A stretch of 64,000 nt of DNA from Actinomycetota bacterium (GCA_013178005.1 JABLXL010000045.1:4438-68437); one strand, 5' to 3'. Positions 39,285-49,298 are shown, numbered from the stretch's first letter. The notes: generated by a model not told the origin, from the letters alone. Made by a program: numbers and translations.

Positions 39285-40220
39285 ATGCATCCCAAGTGCC
39301 TGATGGTGACTGAACGAGAAATATCGCGTCCGGTGGGAGGCGAGCCACCCGGCTGGCATTCGACCGGACAACTCAAGAGGGCATCGGTAAGCCTGGCGCG
39401 AGACAAGGCTGCTTGTGCGGGCCTGGTGATCGTGCTGATCTCCGTGATCGCGGCCGTATTCGCGCCCTACCTGGCGACCAACGACCCCCTGGCGGTGGAC
39501 CTTGACAACAAATTGTCTCCACCCAGCAAGCGATACCCACTGGGCACGGACCATCTGGGCAGGTGCGTCTTGTCGCGGCTTCTTTACGGCGGTCGCGTGA
39601 CCATCCCCGTGGCCGCTGCCACCCTGGCCGTAATCCTCCTGATAGGGCTGCCTCTGGGAGCATTGTCGGGGTACTACGGGGGTTGGCTGGACTCGGTGAT
39701 CATGCGGGTGGTGGATGCCATGCTCGCCTTCCCGGCATTGGTGCTCGCCCTCGTTATCGCGGGCATGCTCGGGCCTGGCCTGGTGAACGTCGCCCTTGCG
39801 ATGGTGGCCGTTTGGTGGGTGGAATACGCGCGTTTAGTGCGGGGGATGGTCCTGTCGGTCAAGGAAAGGGGTTTCGTGCAGGCGGCGGTGTCTTGTGGCG
39901 CTTCCGACGCCAGAGTGATCTGCAGGCACATCCTCCCAGAGGTCTTTCCTACGGTGGCGGTGATGGCCACGCTGGACATGGGCAAGTTGCTGCTTGCCAT
40001 ATCCGGCCTTTCCTTCCTTGGCCTGGGAGCCCAACCTCCGACGCCGGAGTGGGGAGCGATGCTCAACGAAGGGAGGATGTACCTGCAGAGCACCTGGAGG
40101 ACGGTGCTGGCCCCTGGAGCGGCGATCATGCTGGTCGCCCTGGGCTTCAACCTGCTTGGGGACGGGATTCGGGACGCAATGGACCCGAGGGAAAAGACGA
40201 GGTTCACTTCCATGGGGTGA
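39285..40220 (+). CDS. Peptide/nickel ABC transporter permease (DppC/NikC-like)
   Basis: PLGTDHLGRCVLSR, QAAVSCGASD, RHILP, LSFLGLGAQPPTPEWGAML. Confidence 0.93.
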   Translation: MHPKCLMVTEREISRPVGGEPPGWHSTGQLKRASVSLARDKAACAGLVIVLISVIAAVFAPYLATNDPLAVDLDNKLSPPSKRYPLGTDHLGRCVLSRLLYGGRVTIPVAAATLAVILLIGLPLGALSGYYGGWLDSVIMRVVDAMLAFPALVLALVIAGMLGPGLVNVALAMVAVWWVEYARLVRGMVLSVKERGFVQAAVSCGASDARVICRHILPEVFPTVAVMATLDMGKLLLAISGLSFLGLGAQPPTPEWGAMLNEGRMYLQSTWRTVLAPGAAIMLVALGFNLLGDGIRDAMDPREKTRFTSMG

Positions 40221-40585
40221 AGCAGCGGTGGCCGGTTACTGCCACGCATGGCCAGAGGCCATCTTTCGAGAGCGCTTGGAATGGAGACGTGCCAAAGGCC
40301 GTGTAGTACGGCAACTCAGATGCCCGACTCACTGGCTGTGTGCAATGGCGGTGAATGCGCCATGGCATGGAAGCAGTCGCGATGCAGGCGCAAGGTTGGA
40401 CGCGCGGGGCAAAACCGTCGCCTGGTTGTGTTCACTGGAAAGGAGGTGGGGCTTTCAGCGAACAGGCGGCGAACTGCACCGCGTTGTCATCCCGTCTCCT
40501 TTGGGAGAGCCAAGAAAGAGGGCACATATCGAAGTGGCCGAGCCGCATGAGTGAAGCCTATGGTTAACGAGGAAGGAGTGATGCG

Positions 40586-42160
40586 TTGATGGCAAGGAAA
40601 AAAACATGGTTAGTACTGCTCACAGCGACGCTCTCTTTGCTTGTCGCCTTGTCGAATGCGGGTTGCGGCAAGGGCGGAGGGGCAGAGCAACCAAAGGTCA
40701 CGGAGCTAGTGGTGGGAATGGGGGAGGACGCGAACAGTCCGGATTTCGCGGAGATCGGGGTGCTCTCGCCCAACGCCAACATCTACGAAAGCCTGGTGAG
40801 GCTGACTCCGGAATTCACCGTTGCCCCCATGCTGGCGGAGAGCTGGGAATACGTGGGAGACAATACCTGGCGGTTCCACCTGCGCAAGGGAGTCAAGTTC
40901 CATAACGGAGACGAGCTCACCTCCGAGGCGGTCAAGTTCACCTATGACGGGAAGATGCGTCCCAGCGGGAAGTCCCTCCTCCACCTCAAGGAGGTGAAGG
41001 TAGTGGACGAATACACCATCGACATAGTGACCGAGGAACCCAACATGGTGGTCCCCGAGATCATAACCCACCCCCTTTACGGCATACGTTGTCCTGGCAC
41101 CGATCCCGGGGTAAGCCCGGTAGGGACCGGTCCCTTCAGGTTCGTATCCTACGAGAAAGAGAAGGAACTCGTGGTGGAGAAAAACCCCGACTACTGGGGA
41201 GAGCCAGCGCGGCTCGAGAAGTTGGTGTTCAAGTACATACCCGATGCCAACACCAGGCTCATGGCCTTGCAGGCGGGAGAGGTGGATGTCATCAAGGACA
41301 TCCCCAGGGAGATGATAGCGGATATAGAGTCCGATGAGAGCCTCTACACCTACGCGTCCCAGCCCGGCGGCCCATACGTCGTGTTCGAGGTGAGGACGGA
41401 AGGCCCCGTGGCCCGGGAGATCATGGCCGATGTCCGCCTGCGCAAGGCCGTGGCCGTGGCCATCGACAAGAGCGAGATCGTGGAGAAGGTATGGAGCAAC
41501 AATGCGGTGGTCGATTACACCTGGCTCCCCGAGGGGATGTTCGGGGCATACAGGGATCTCATCCAGGGATACGATTACGACCCCGATGAGGCGGCCAAGT
41601 TGCTGGAGGAGGCCGGCTGGAAGGAGGGCGCGGACGGAATACGGGAAAAGGCTGGCAAGAGGTTGGAGATAACTCTCGTATCCGGATACCCGACTGCCGC
41701 GGTTCTGAAGCCGATCCCCGAGGTGATCCAGCAGCAACTCAAGGCGGTTGGCATAGACGCCAAGATCGTCGAGGTTTCCGATGAGGGCGTTTACGAGGAG
41801 ATGCTCAAGCAGGGCGAGGGGGACCTGTGGCTCACGCGCGGAACGCAGAACAACGCGGACCCCACCTTCGGCCCGCAATTGCTCCACCACAGCAAGGGAT
41901 ACTATGGAGAGTTCTGCGGCAATCCCTGGTGGGGCGGAGAGGAATTCGACGCCCTCGTGGACAAGGCCCGTGCCACGGAGGACCCGGACGAACGGGCGGA
42001 GCTGGTGGCGGAGGCCATGCACATACTCATTGATGAGCACGCCGCGCTCATACCCATCGCCTCGCTTTTCAACGTATATGCGGCAAGGCTTCCCCTGGAA
42101 GGGCTCGTACCGCATCCCTCCGACGTCAGCACGCGGTGGGAAAACACGAAAGCGAAGTAA
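40586..42160 (+). CDS. ABC transporter substrate-binding lipoprotein, family 5
   Basis: Lipobox NAGC, YESLV, PMLAESW, FHLRKGVKFHNG, PVGTGPF, NPDYWG. Confidence 0.93.
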   Translation: MMARKKTWLVLLTATLSLLVALSNAGCGKGGGAEQPKVTELVVGMGEDANSPDFAEIGVLSPNANIYESLVRLTPEFTVAPMLAESWEYVGDNTWRFHLRKGVKFHNGDELTSEAVKFTYDGKMRPSGKSLLHLKEVKVVDEYTIDIVTEEPNMVVPEIITHPLYGIRCPGTDPGVSPVGTGPFRFVSYEKEKELVVEKNPDYWGEPARLEKLVFKYIPDANTRLMALQAGEVDVIKDIPREMIADIESDESLYTYASQPGGPYVVFEVRTEGPVAREIMADVRLRKAVAVAIDKSEIVEKVWSNNAVVDYTWLPEGMFGAYRDLIQGYDYDPDEAAKLLEEAGWKEGADGIREKAGKRLEITLVSGYPTAAVLKPIPEVIQQQLKAVGIDAKIVEVSDEGVYEEMLKQGEGDLWLTRGTQNNADPTFGPQLLHHSKGYYGEFCGNPWWGGEEFDALVDKARATEDPDERAELVAEAMHILIDEHAALIPIASLFNVYAARLPLEGLVPHPSDVSTRWENTKAK

Positions 42161-42179
42161 AAAGACTGCGGAGCGGAAC

Positions 42180-43157
42180 TTGATCCAATACGAGCTGGGG
42201 ATCGAGGTCGACGGGGCCAGGGTCGCGGGCTCCCTTCTCCTGCCCTCGGGCGGAGGGCGTTTCCCCTGCGTGATAATCGCGGGCGGAACGATGTCCCATG
42301 ACCGCGACGGGGCCCTTATCGGCCACCCCCTGCCGGTCCCGCAGCGCGATGCCTTGAGGAGAATGGCGATCAAGCTGGGAGAAGCCGGCTATGCGGTGAT
42401 TCGCTGGGATAAGCGCGGGTACGGTCGGTCCGGGCCGTGCCCGCCCACCTCCTCATATACATACGAGGTGGAGGACCTGGTGGCTTTCCTTGATTTCGCG
42501 AGAAGGCACCCTGCGATATCTCGGGTTGTGATAGCGGGGGAAAGCGCCGGTGCCTACGTGGCATGTCTCGCGGCCCGCCGAGGCCACAGCGCGGATGCCT
42601 ACGTTTTCCTGGGGGCCCTTTATGCCGATGTGGAAGGCCTGCTGCGGTACAACTACGTGCGCCTCGCCGAGTATACGGAGAGAAGCACCGCGAACAGACG
42701 CTGGGCGGAGGAAAACGCCCCCCTGTCCCTTGCCATAGGAGAAAATTTCGATGGCATAATCGATGCCGCTGGACAAGGCAGGGAATATTACCCCCTCAAG
42801 GTTAATGGCAGGGAGTGGCGCTTCCAACTCGGGAAACTGCGGGAGGAAATGGAGTTCCCCCCGCATCAAGCGTTCCACTTCATTGCAGGGCCGTCTCTGG
42901 TGCTGCAGGGGGACGCGGACATGAACGTATGCCCTGCGGACGCGATGCGTATCGAGGCGGCACTCAAGGGAGCCGGCAACAACGAGGTCGAGAGGGTGAT
43001 GATACCCGGCGCCGATCACAGCTTTCAGGTTGCCCCAGAGGACGAGGACACGAGGATAAGGGAACGACACAGCCTCGCGAGTTTCCTGCGGCCTTACAAG
43101 GATGAATTCTATGAGGCGATGTTGGAATGGCTGGAAAAGACGATGACTCGCGTGTGA
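42180..43157 (+). CDS. Alpha/beta hydrolase
   Basis: WDKRGYG, IAGESAG nucleophile elbow, LQGDADMNV, GADHSF; TTG start after GGAG. Confidence 0.8.
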   Translation: MIQYELGIEVDGARVAGSLLLPSGGGRFPCVIIAGGTMSHDRDGALIGHPLPVPQRDALRRMAIKLGEAGYAVIRWDKRGYGRSGPCPPTSSYTYEVEDLVAFLDFARRHPAISRVVIAGESAGAYVACLAARRGHSADAYVFLGALYADVEGLLRYNYVRLAEYTERSTANRRWAEENAPLSLAIGENFDGIIDAAGQGREYYPLKVNGREWRFQLGKLREEMEFPPHQAFHFIAGPSLVLQGDADMNVCPADAMRIEAALKGAGNNEVERVMIPGADHSFQVAPEDEDTRIRERHSLASFLRPYKDEFYEAMLEWLEKTMTRV

Positions 43158-43272
43158 TAGCGTGCTGGCGAGGTCGAGTCGGTTGCGGATTCCAGGCCAG
43201 GAGAACGCTGACATGGATACCCGCCCATGACGGTCACGGGCGGCGCCCATTTGAATCTTAGGAGGTGCTGGA

Positions 43273-43761
43273 ATGAAGGAAAATATTGAGATTTGCCCCT
43301 CCGTTGAAGATGCGATCAAGGGTTGTGGGGTGGATACCCTGGAGGGTCGCATCGGACCGTTGCTCAAAGGCGAGGAATGCAGCGCTCATTACATACTCAT
43401 GCCGCCGGGCTTGTATTGCGGAGAACATTCTCACGACAGCGAGAGCATCATCTACACCGCCAGCGGAAGCTGGGTGTTGGCCAACCGCGGCAGGAGGACG
43501 CTGATGCGCGAAGGCTCACTGTTTCGTTTCGCGAGGGGCGAGCCCACGGGATACGAGGTGCCGTTCGATGAGCCAGCGCTCATCCTGATCTTCAAAGGTG
43601 CCGGAATGCCGCGAAAGGACGAATTCCTTTCCTATCTTGAGGAGCTTGCGCATCGCCTGGAGGCGGCGAGGGAGGATGGAGAAGCCTTTCGCCTCGAGGA
43701 CCTTCCACCGGAACACCCCGCGAGGGTTTTTGCCCGGCAACTTGAAGAACAAAAGAGATAA
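43273..43761 (+). CDS. Cupin-domain protein
   Basis: AGGAGG RBS; MPPGLYCGEHSHDSESIIYTASGS cupin motif. Confidence 0.7.
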   Translation: MKENIEICPSVEDAIKGCGVDTLEGRIGPLLKGEECSAHYILMPPGLYCGEHSHDSESIIYTASGSWVLANRGRRTLMREGSLFRFARGEPTGYEVPFDEPALILIFKGAGMPRKDEFLSYLEELAHRLEAAREDGEAFRLEDLPPEHPARVFARQLEEQKR

Positions 43762-43770
43762 TTCCGCTAT

Positions 43771-44112
43771 TCATGGCGAGAAAGCTTCTTTGAGGATTCG
43801 CTCGCCTATTGTCGGTTTCAATGCATCCTTCATCGCCAGGTCCACCTTGATTCCCAGGAGATCGGAGAGGTGGTTCTCGAGTGCGATGAAACCAAGCAAA
43901 GAAGGCGTTTTTTCAAACTCAACCAACAGATCGAGGTCGTTTGCCGACTCCCTCCCGTTCCGTAGAAAGGATCCGAAAACCTGGATATTGCCTACGTGAT
44001 AATCGCGTTTCAAATGGGGCAAGTTCTGGCGCAGCACATCTATTATCGCCTGGGCATCTCCAGCAAGATCCCGATAGCTATATGGTCCCTTATCCTTGGA
44101 ATCCGCTGTCAT
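43771..44112 (-). CDS. Minimal nucleotidyltransferase (MNT antitoxin family); true start may lie further downstream
   Basis: IQVFGSFLR...NDLDLLVEF, LSDLLGIKVDL, ALKPTIGERILKEA. Confidence 0.8.
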   Translation of the reverse strand: MTADSKDKGPYSYRDLAGDAQAIIDVLRQNLPHLKRDYHVGNIQVFGSFLRNGRESANDLDLLVEFEKTPSLLGFIALENHLSDLLGIKVDLAMKDALKPTIGERILKEAFSP

Positions 44113-44417
44113 ACCCTTTCCATCAACTCAAGTCTGCCGGTCGTTTATATTTTTCGATGCTAAGACGACATTGACACCGTAAGGGCTTTGTGGGCAGCTA
44201 AACGGAACAGCCCACGCCGGTTGATGAAGGGCTTCCCGGAGCGGGGCCGCAACTACTACGTCAAAGCCGTGGTTTGCATCGGGCCCTCCCCTTTCCGTTT
44301 AAGGAATGAAGCTTCCATCGTGGGCTCGTGCCTCGATGCATAAGCACTCTGAATAGCCGATTTAATAGGATTTATCCGACGCCGGTGGCGCCGCGCGAAG
44401 ATCGACCGGGCGCTTTA

Positions 44418-45773
44418 TCACCGGTCGGGTTCGCGGCGGCTGATGTCCTTGAAGAGGGCGTACTGGGAGATGAAGGCGAGCTCGAATGAGCCGGTGGGCC
44501 CGTTGCGGTGCTTGGCGAGGTTGATGCTCGCCCTCCCCTTGAGCTCGTCGTTGTCCCGGTCGTACTGGTCCTGGCGGTGGATGAAGATGATGAGATCGGC
44601 GTCCTGCTCGATGGCCCCCGATTCGCGCAGGTCGGACAGTATGGGGGGCCGGTTGTGCTTCTCCGGTTCGCGGGAAAGCTGGGAGACCGCGATCACCGGG
44701 ATGTTGAAGTCGCGCCCCAGGATCTTCAGCCCGCGCGAGATGGAGGCGATCTCCTGCACGCGGTTCTCGTGGCGGCGGTCGGAGCCCATGAGCTGGATGT
44801 AGTCCACAACCACCAGTCCGATGTCGTGCTGGGCCTTGAGCCGCCTCACCTTGGACCGCAGCTCCAGGATGCCGATGTCCGCGTTATCGTCTATGAAGAT
44901 GGAGGCGGAGGTCAGCTCGCCCGCCGCCTCGGACAGGCGCTGCCAGACGTCGTCCTCCTTGAAACTGGACTTTAGCTTCTGGCTGTTGACCCTGGCGCGG
45001 GAACAGAGCATCCTCTTGGTGACCTCCTTGGCGCTCATCTCCAGGCTGAAGATGGCCACCGGCACCCTTTGCTTCACCGCCACGTGGTCCACGATGTTTA
45101 AGGCCAGGGAGGTCTTACCCATGGAGGGGCGGGCCGCGATGATCACCAGGTCGGAGGGGTGGAACCCCTGGGTCAGCTCGTCGAGCTTTGAAAAACCGGT
45201 GAGGATCCCCGTGGGCACCCGGCCGTCGGCTATCTCCTCGAACTCCTCCCAGGTCTCCTCCATGAGCTCCTTCATCGGCTTGACGCTTTCCCTGCGCTCC
45301 CGCATGCCCACGCTGAAGATGGCGTCCTCGGCCTCGTCGAGCGCTTCCGCCAGCTCCTCGGGGGCGCGGTAGCCCACCGCGGCAACGCGCCCCGCCGCCG
45401 TGATAAGGCGGCGGTAGGTGGCGAGCCTCGACACCACCTCGGCGTAGTAGCGGGCGTTGGCGGGCGTGGGCACCGAGGAGACGAGGTTGAGCAGGTAGGA
45501 GCGGTCGCCCACCTTCTCCAGGTTCCCCTGGGCGCGCAGCGATTCCGCCACCGTCACCGGGTCAACCGGCTCCCCCGAGGCGAAGAGGGAGAGGGCGGCC
45601 TGGAAGATGAGCCCGTGGGATTCCTTGTAGAAATCCTCGGGGTTCAGCACCTCCGAAACCTCGGCCACGGCGTCGTGGGAAAGGAGCATGGAGCCGAGCA
45701 CCGATTGCTCCGCCTCCAGGCTGTGCGGAGGGAGGTTATCGTGACGGTCAAAGGCCTGGATGACGTTGCTCAT
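44418..45773 (-). CDS. dnaB: Replicative DNA helicase
   Basis: PPHSLEAEQSVLG, AARPSMGKT, FSLEMS, VVVDYIQL, VSQLSR, SDLRESGAIEQDAD, KHRNGPTG. Confidence 0.98.
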   Translation of the reverse strand: MSNVIQAFDRHDNLPPHSLEAEQSVLGSMLLSHDAVAEVSEVLNPEDFYKESHGLIFQAALSLFASGEPVDPVTVAESLRAQGNLEKVGDRSYLLNLVSSVPTPANARYYAEVVSRLATYRRLITAAGRVAAVGYRAPEELAEALDEAEDAIFSVGMRERRESVKPMKELMEETWEEFEEIADGRVPTGILTGFSKLDELTQGFHPSDLVIIAARPSMGKTSLALNIVDHVAVKQRVPVAIFSLEMSAKEVTKRMLCSRARVNSQKLKSSFKEDDVWQRLSEAAGELTSASIFIDDNADIGILELRSKVRRLKAQHDIGLVVVDYIQLMGSDRRHENRVQEIASISRGLKILGRDFNIPVIAVSQLSREPEKHNRPPILSDLRESGAIEQDADLIIFIHRQDQYDRDNDELKGRASINLAKHRNGPTGSFELAFISQYALFKDISRREPDR

Positions 45774-45853
45774 ATCCCTCAACCCCTGTTAACGCGCCGG
45801 GCGTCTTTATCCTGGTGCCGCAGCACTGGAAAACTGGTTGGACCGGAAACGGA

Positions 45854-46300
45854 TCACCCCGGTATGACCTTGATGTGCACTATGGCCTCGACCTGGGGGT
45901 GGAGTTTGATGCGAGCCTCGTGGAACCCCGCTGTTTTTATATGCTCCTCCATGTGGATCTTCTTGCGGTCCACCTCTATGTTGAGCTCCTCCTCCAGGAG
46001 GGTGGCGATATCTTTGGAGGTGATGGTCCCGAAGAGCTTCCCCTCCTCCCCCACCTTGGCGGTGATCTCGAAGGTGCGCCCGGAGATGAGCTGCGCGGCG
46101 TCCTCCGCGCGCTTCAGCTCGCGGTCGGCCTTGGCCATCTTCTCCCTGGCGACCTGCTCGGCCTCCTTGGCCTTGCCCTTGGTGGAGCGCACGGCGAGCC
46201 CCTTGGGGATGAGGTAGTTGTTGGCGTAGCCGTCTTTCACCTCGACCGTCTCGCCGCGGGCGCCCAATCCCTCGACGTTGGTTACCAGGATAACCTTCAA
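45854..46300 (-). CDS. rplI: 50S ribosomal protein L9
   Basis: MKVIL...VKDGYANNYLIP, KLFGTIT. Confidence 0.97.
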   Translation of the reverse strand: MKVILVTNVEGLGARGETVEVKDGYANNYLIPKGLAVRSTKGKAKEAEQVAREKMAKADRELKRAEDAAQLISGRTFEITAKVGEEGKLFGTITSKDIATLLEEELNIEVDRKKIHMEEHIKTAGFHEARIKLHPQVEAIVHIKVIPG

Positions 46301-46384
46301 AGCGTTCTCCTTGTCGTCTCCATAAGGGCCCCTCCCAGTATAACAGAAGGCGAGGGGCCTGCCGTGTCTTCGCCGTCGCTGCCT

Positions 46385-46675
46385 TTACTTGATCTCGCCC
46401 TGCCTCGAGGTGTAGGGGATCAATGCCATTTCCCGCGCGCTCTTGATGGCCAGGGCCAATCTCACCTGGTGCTGGGCGCAGTTCCCGGTCACGCGCCGCG
46501 GCCGGATCTTGCCCTTCTCGGAGAGATACTTCTTGAGCAGCGAGACGTCCTTGTAATCGATGTGGTCGATTTTCTCAGAACAGAAGTAGCAGACCTTCTT
46601 GCGGGGCTTGCGGGCGTACCCTTCGCGCGAGCGCTTGTCCTTGCCCCCGGATTTCTTGCTCTGATTCGGGCTCAT
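46385..46675 (-). CDS. rpsR: 30S ribosomal protein S18 (zinc-binding C+ type)
   Basis: [39 protein letters not shown]. Confidence 0.97.
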   Translation of the reverse strand: MSPNQSKKSGGKDKRSREGYARKPRKKVCYFCSEKIDHIDYKDVSLLKKYLSEKGKIRPRRVTGNCAQHQVRLALAIKSAREMALIPYTSRQGEIK

Positions 46676-46725
46676 CTCTCCTCCGCTCTACTCGCCTTAT
46701 CCTCCGGGGGCTCCCGCGCCCCCGT

Positions 46726-47154
46726 CTAGAAAACCACTTCGTCCTCGACGCGCGGCTCCAGGTCGCTGGACAGGTCGTCGTCGACCAGGTTCACCTCGAC
46801 CAGGTCGTCGATCTCATCCTCCCGGCGGTCGCGGCGTCCCAGGAATACCACGCGGTCCGCAACGATCTCCACCGTGGACCTCTTCTGGCCGTCGTTCCCC
46901 TCCCAGCTCCGGCTCTGCAGCCGGCCGGTCACCGCCACCTGGCGGCCCTTGCTGAGGTATTCCGCGCACTTCTCCGCCTGGTTGCGCCACACGATGACGT
47001 TGAAGTAATCGGTCTCCACGACGCCCTGCTGGTTGGCGAAGCCGCGGTTCACGGCCAGGCGCAAGGTGGCCACCGGCAGGCCGCTGGGGGTGTACCTCAG
47101 CTCGGGGTCACGCGTAAGGTTTCCTATCAGGACCACACTGTTCAGACCAGCCAT
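46726..47154 (-). CDS. ssb: Single-stranded DNA-binding protein
   Basis: LNSVVLIGNLTRDPELRYTPSG, KGRQVAVTGRLQSRSWE; located between rpsF and rpsR. Confidence 0.97.
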   Translation of the reverse strand: MAGLNSVVLIGNLTRDPELRYTPSGLPVATLRLAVNRGFANQQGVVETDYFNVIVWRNQAEKCAEYLSKGRQVAVTGRLQSRSWEGNDGQKRSTVEIVADRVVFLGRRDRREDEIDDLVEVNLVDDDLSSDLEPRVEDEVVF

Positions 47155-47249
47155 GATATCCTCCTCCTGGCTCTTCCCGACGAAATCCACCATCGCCCTC
47201 ATTCTAGGATGAGGCGGTGACAAGATCCGATCCGCGGGAAAGCCGGGAG

Positions 47250-47543
47250 TCACTTCCTCCCGTCGATGCGGAAGATCTTGAACCGCAGGATCTCGTCCGT
47301 GATGGAGAGAACGCGGTCCAGCTCCTGCACGAGCTCGTTGCCCCCCTTGAAGGTGAGCACTACGTAGTACCCCTCGGTCTCGTGCTTGATGGGATAGCCC
47401 AGCTTCCGTTTGCCCCATACGTCGAGGCCGGTCATCTCCCCGCCGTCGCGCGAGACGAGGCCGCCGATCCTCTCCTGCAGGGCCTCGTACTGCTCCGGCT
47501 CCAGGCTGGGCCGTGCGATGTACATCAGCTCGTATTCGCGCAT
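47250..47543 (-). CDS. rpsF: 30S ribosomal protein S6
   Basis: MREYELMYI, WGKRKLGYPIK, EGYY. Confidence 0.97.
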   Translation of the reverse strand: MREYELMYIARPSLEPEQYEALQERIGGLVSRDGGEMTGLDVWGKRKLGYPIKHETEGYYVVLTFKGGNELVQELDRVLSITDEILRFKIFRIDGRK

Positions 47544-47545
47544 CT

Positions 47546-47593
47546 TCACCTCCTCCGGTCTCGCGGCCCCCGGTCTGCTCCGGGAGCAGGAGT
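47546..47593 (-). promoter_or_regulatory. Putative S6:S18 autoregulatory leader upstream of rpsF
   Basis: CTCCTGCTC...GGGGCCGCGAGACCGGAGGAGGTG; CTCCT can pair with the SD, resembling known rpsF leader motifs. Confidence 0.55.
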
Positions 47594-47879
47594 CGCGTCG
47601 AGCACAAGTGCATATTATAGCATCAAGGGCGGGAGCTGGCGACAGCATCCCGCTGCTATTTCATGCAAAATCTAAAACTGGATGGTTTAGGCTTGAAAAC
47701 CGGGCACTAAGATATGCCCACTTGACGGCCTCAGCCCCCAGCCGGAAGGTCTCCTGCGCCTCCGCCAGTGTCGTATGGGGAAAAGAACCCGAGGTCGCGC
47801 CCGGTGGGCTCCCGCCCCTATGGCCGGGGGCCCGGATAGGGTAGAATAGAGCTGCCGCGGGTGGAGAGGAGGTGCCGAA

Positions 47880-48155
47880 TTGCTGCTGAGAAACTACATG
47901 GAAGAGGCCGTCGACGGGACCATCGAGGAGATACTCGCTCGACGCGACGACATATGCAAATGCGAGCGCTGCAAGCTGGACATCAAGGCCCTCGCCCTCA
48001 ACCACCTGCCCCCTAAGTACGTGGTGACGGACATGGGGTACGTCTACACGAAGGTGAACGAGCTTGAGAACCAGTTCAAGGCGGACATCACCGTGGCTGT
48101 CACCAACGCCATCAAGGTGATCCGCGCGAATCCCCGCCACGGGGAGGGGTGCTGA
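47880..48155 (+). CDS. ComFB-family protein
   Basis: NYMEEAV, CKCERCKLDIKALALNHLPPKYV, C-terminal NPRH. Confidence 0.85.
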   Translation: MLLRNYMEEAVDGTIEEILARRDDICKCERCKLDIKALALNHLPPKYVVTDMGYVYTKVNELENQFKADITVAVTNAIKVIRANPRHGEGC

Positions 48156-48365
48156 GGGGGCGGGCCCGGGACGCCCCTGCGCTACCCTCGCTACCGGGAA
48201 AGGCTCGAATGGCGCTCCGCGCCGGGGGCGGCAGGAGGGGAAGCCGACGCGAGGACCAAACGGCTCGCGCACAGCCCTTTTCACCCCGCGCTTACGGCCG
48301 TCGTCCGATGAAACGGCGACGCGGCGCGTCAAAGTGCCGGTGCCCATCGCCTCAAGGGGGAAGGG

Positions 48366-49064
48366 ATGCTTTTTCCGCGCCGCCACGCCTTCGATGTGAG
48401 CGTGGCCGAGGCCAGGGAGATCCAGGAGCGGATGCGCCGCGAGGTCAGCGAGGGCCCTCCCCTCGACCTCTCAGGTGTGAGGCGCGTCGCGGGAACGGAC
48501 ATCTCCTACCTGCGCGAAAGCAGACTGGCCCTGGGCGTGGCGGTGCTTATGAGTTTTCCGGAGCTGGAGCCGCTCGAGACCGCCACCGCCGTGCTGGAGG
48601 TGCCGTTCCCCTATGTCCCCGGGCTGCTTTCCTTTCGGGAGCTTCCTGCCTTGCTCCCGGCCCTGGAAGCCCTTTCCACGCTTCCCGACCTGATCCTCGC
48701 CGACGGGCAGGGCGTGGCCCACCCAAGGGGGTTCGGCCTTGCTTCACATCTGGGGGTGCTCACCTCCATACCCACTATCGGATGCGCCAAATCCCGTTTG
48801 CTGGGAGAGGCCGAGGAGCCGGGAACGGAGAAGGGGGACTGGACTCCATTGCGATACGCCGGGCGGACGGTGGGCGCGGCGCTGCGCACGCGGCGGGGGG
48901 TGAAACCTCTTTATATCTCCGTGGGCCACCTCATCGACCTTCCCTCTTGTTTAAGGGCGGTTCTTTCCTGCACCCGCGGGTTCCGGCTCCCGGAGCCACA
49001 GCGCAGGGCACACCTCGAGGCGGAAAAACTCAAACGTGAGGCAAGGGCCCGCGGGGATGCCTGA
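48366..49064 (+). CDS. nfi: Endonuclease V
   Basis: AGTDISY, FPYVPGLLSFRE, DGQGVAHPRGFGLASHLG, GCAKSRL, PLYISVGH, FRLPEP. Confidence 0.95.
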   Translation: MLFPRRHAFDVSVAEAREIQERMRREVSEGPPLDLSGVRRVAGTDISYLRESRLALGVAVLMSFPELEPLETATAVLEVPFPYVPGLLSFRELPALLPALEALSTLPDLILADGQGVAHPRGFGLASHLGVLTSIPTIGCAKSRLLGEAEEPGTEKGDWTPLRYAGRTVGAALRTRRGVKPLYISVGHLIDLPSCLRAVLSCTRGFRLPEPQRRAHLEAEKLKREARARGDA

Positions 49065-49072
49065 CCCTAGAG

Positions 49073-49279
49073 GCTTTGTTCCGCAGGCCGTAACGACATG
49101 CCGGGATATCGGCGCCGGCACCCTGGCACGCGGGTTGCGCGGCCGAAGCCCGATCGCGCGGCGGCAAGGGCGGCATAAGCCGAGAAGTTGCACCTGGCCC
49201 GCGACGCTTTCTCGCGCAGGTCGTGGCGATATGCCCGGAGATTGGCGCCGGCGCCCTGGCATGCGGGTTGCGCGGCCGA
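49073..49279. repeat. Imperfect 74-bp direct repeat with period 133 (49073-49146, 49206-49279)
   Basis: Ungapped manual alignment 62/74 identical. Confidence 0.85.
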
Positions 49280-49298
49280 GGAAAACGCAATCTTGACG

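Noticed and set aside
44180-44330. Hairpin GTGGGC...GCCCAC and a SAM-like GGCCCGATG string; possible IS200/605 end
   Set aside because: Matches are partial, with no transposase and no complete motif.
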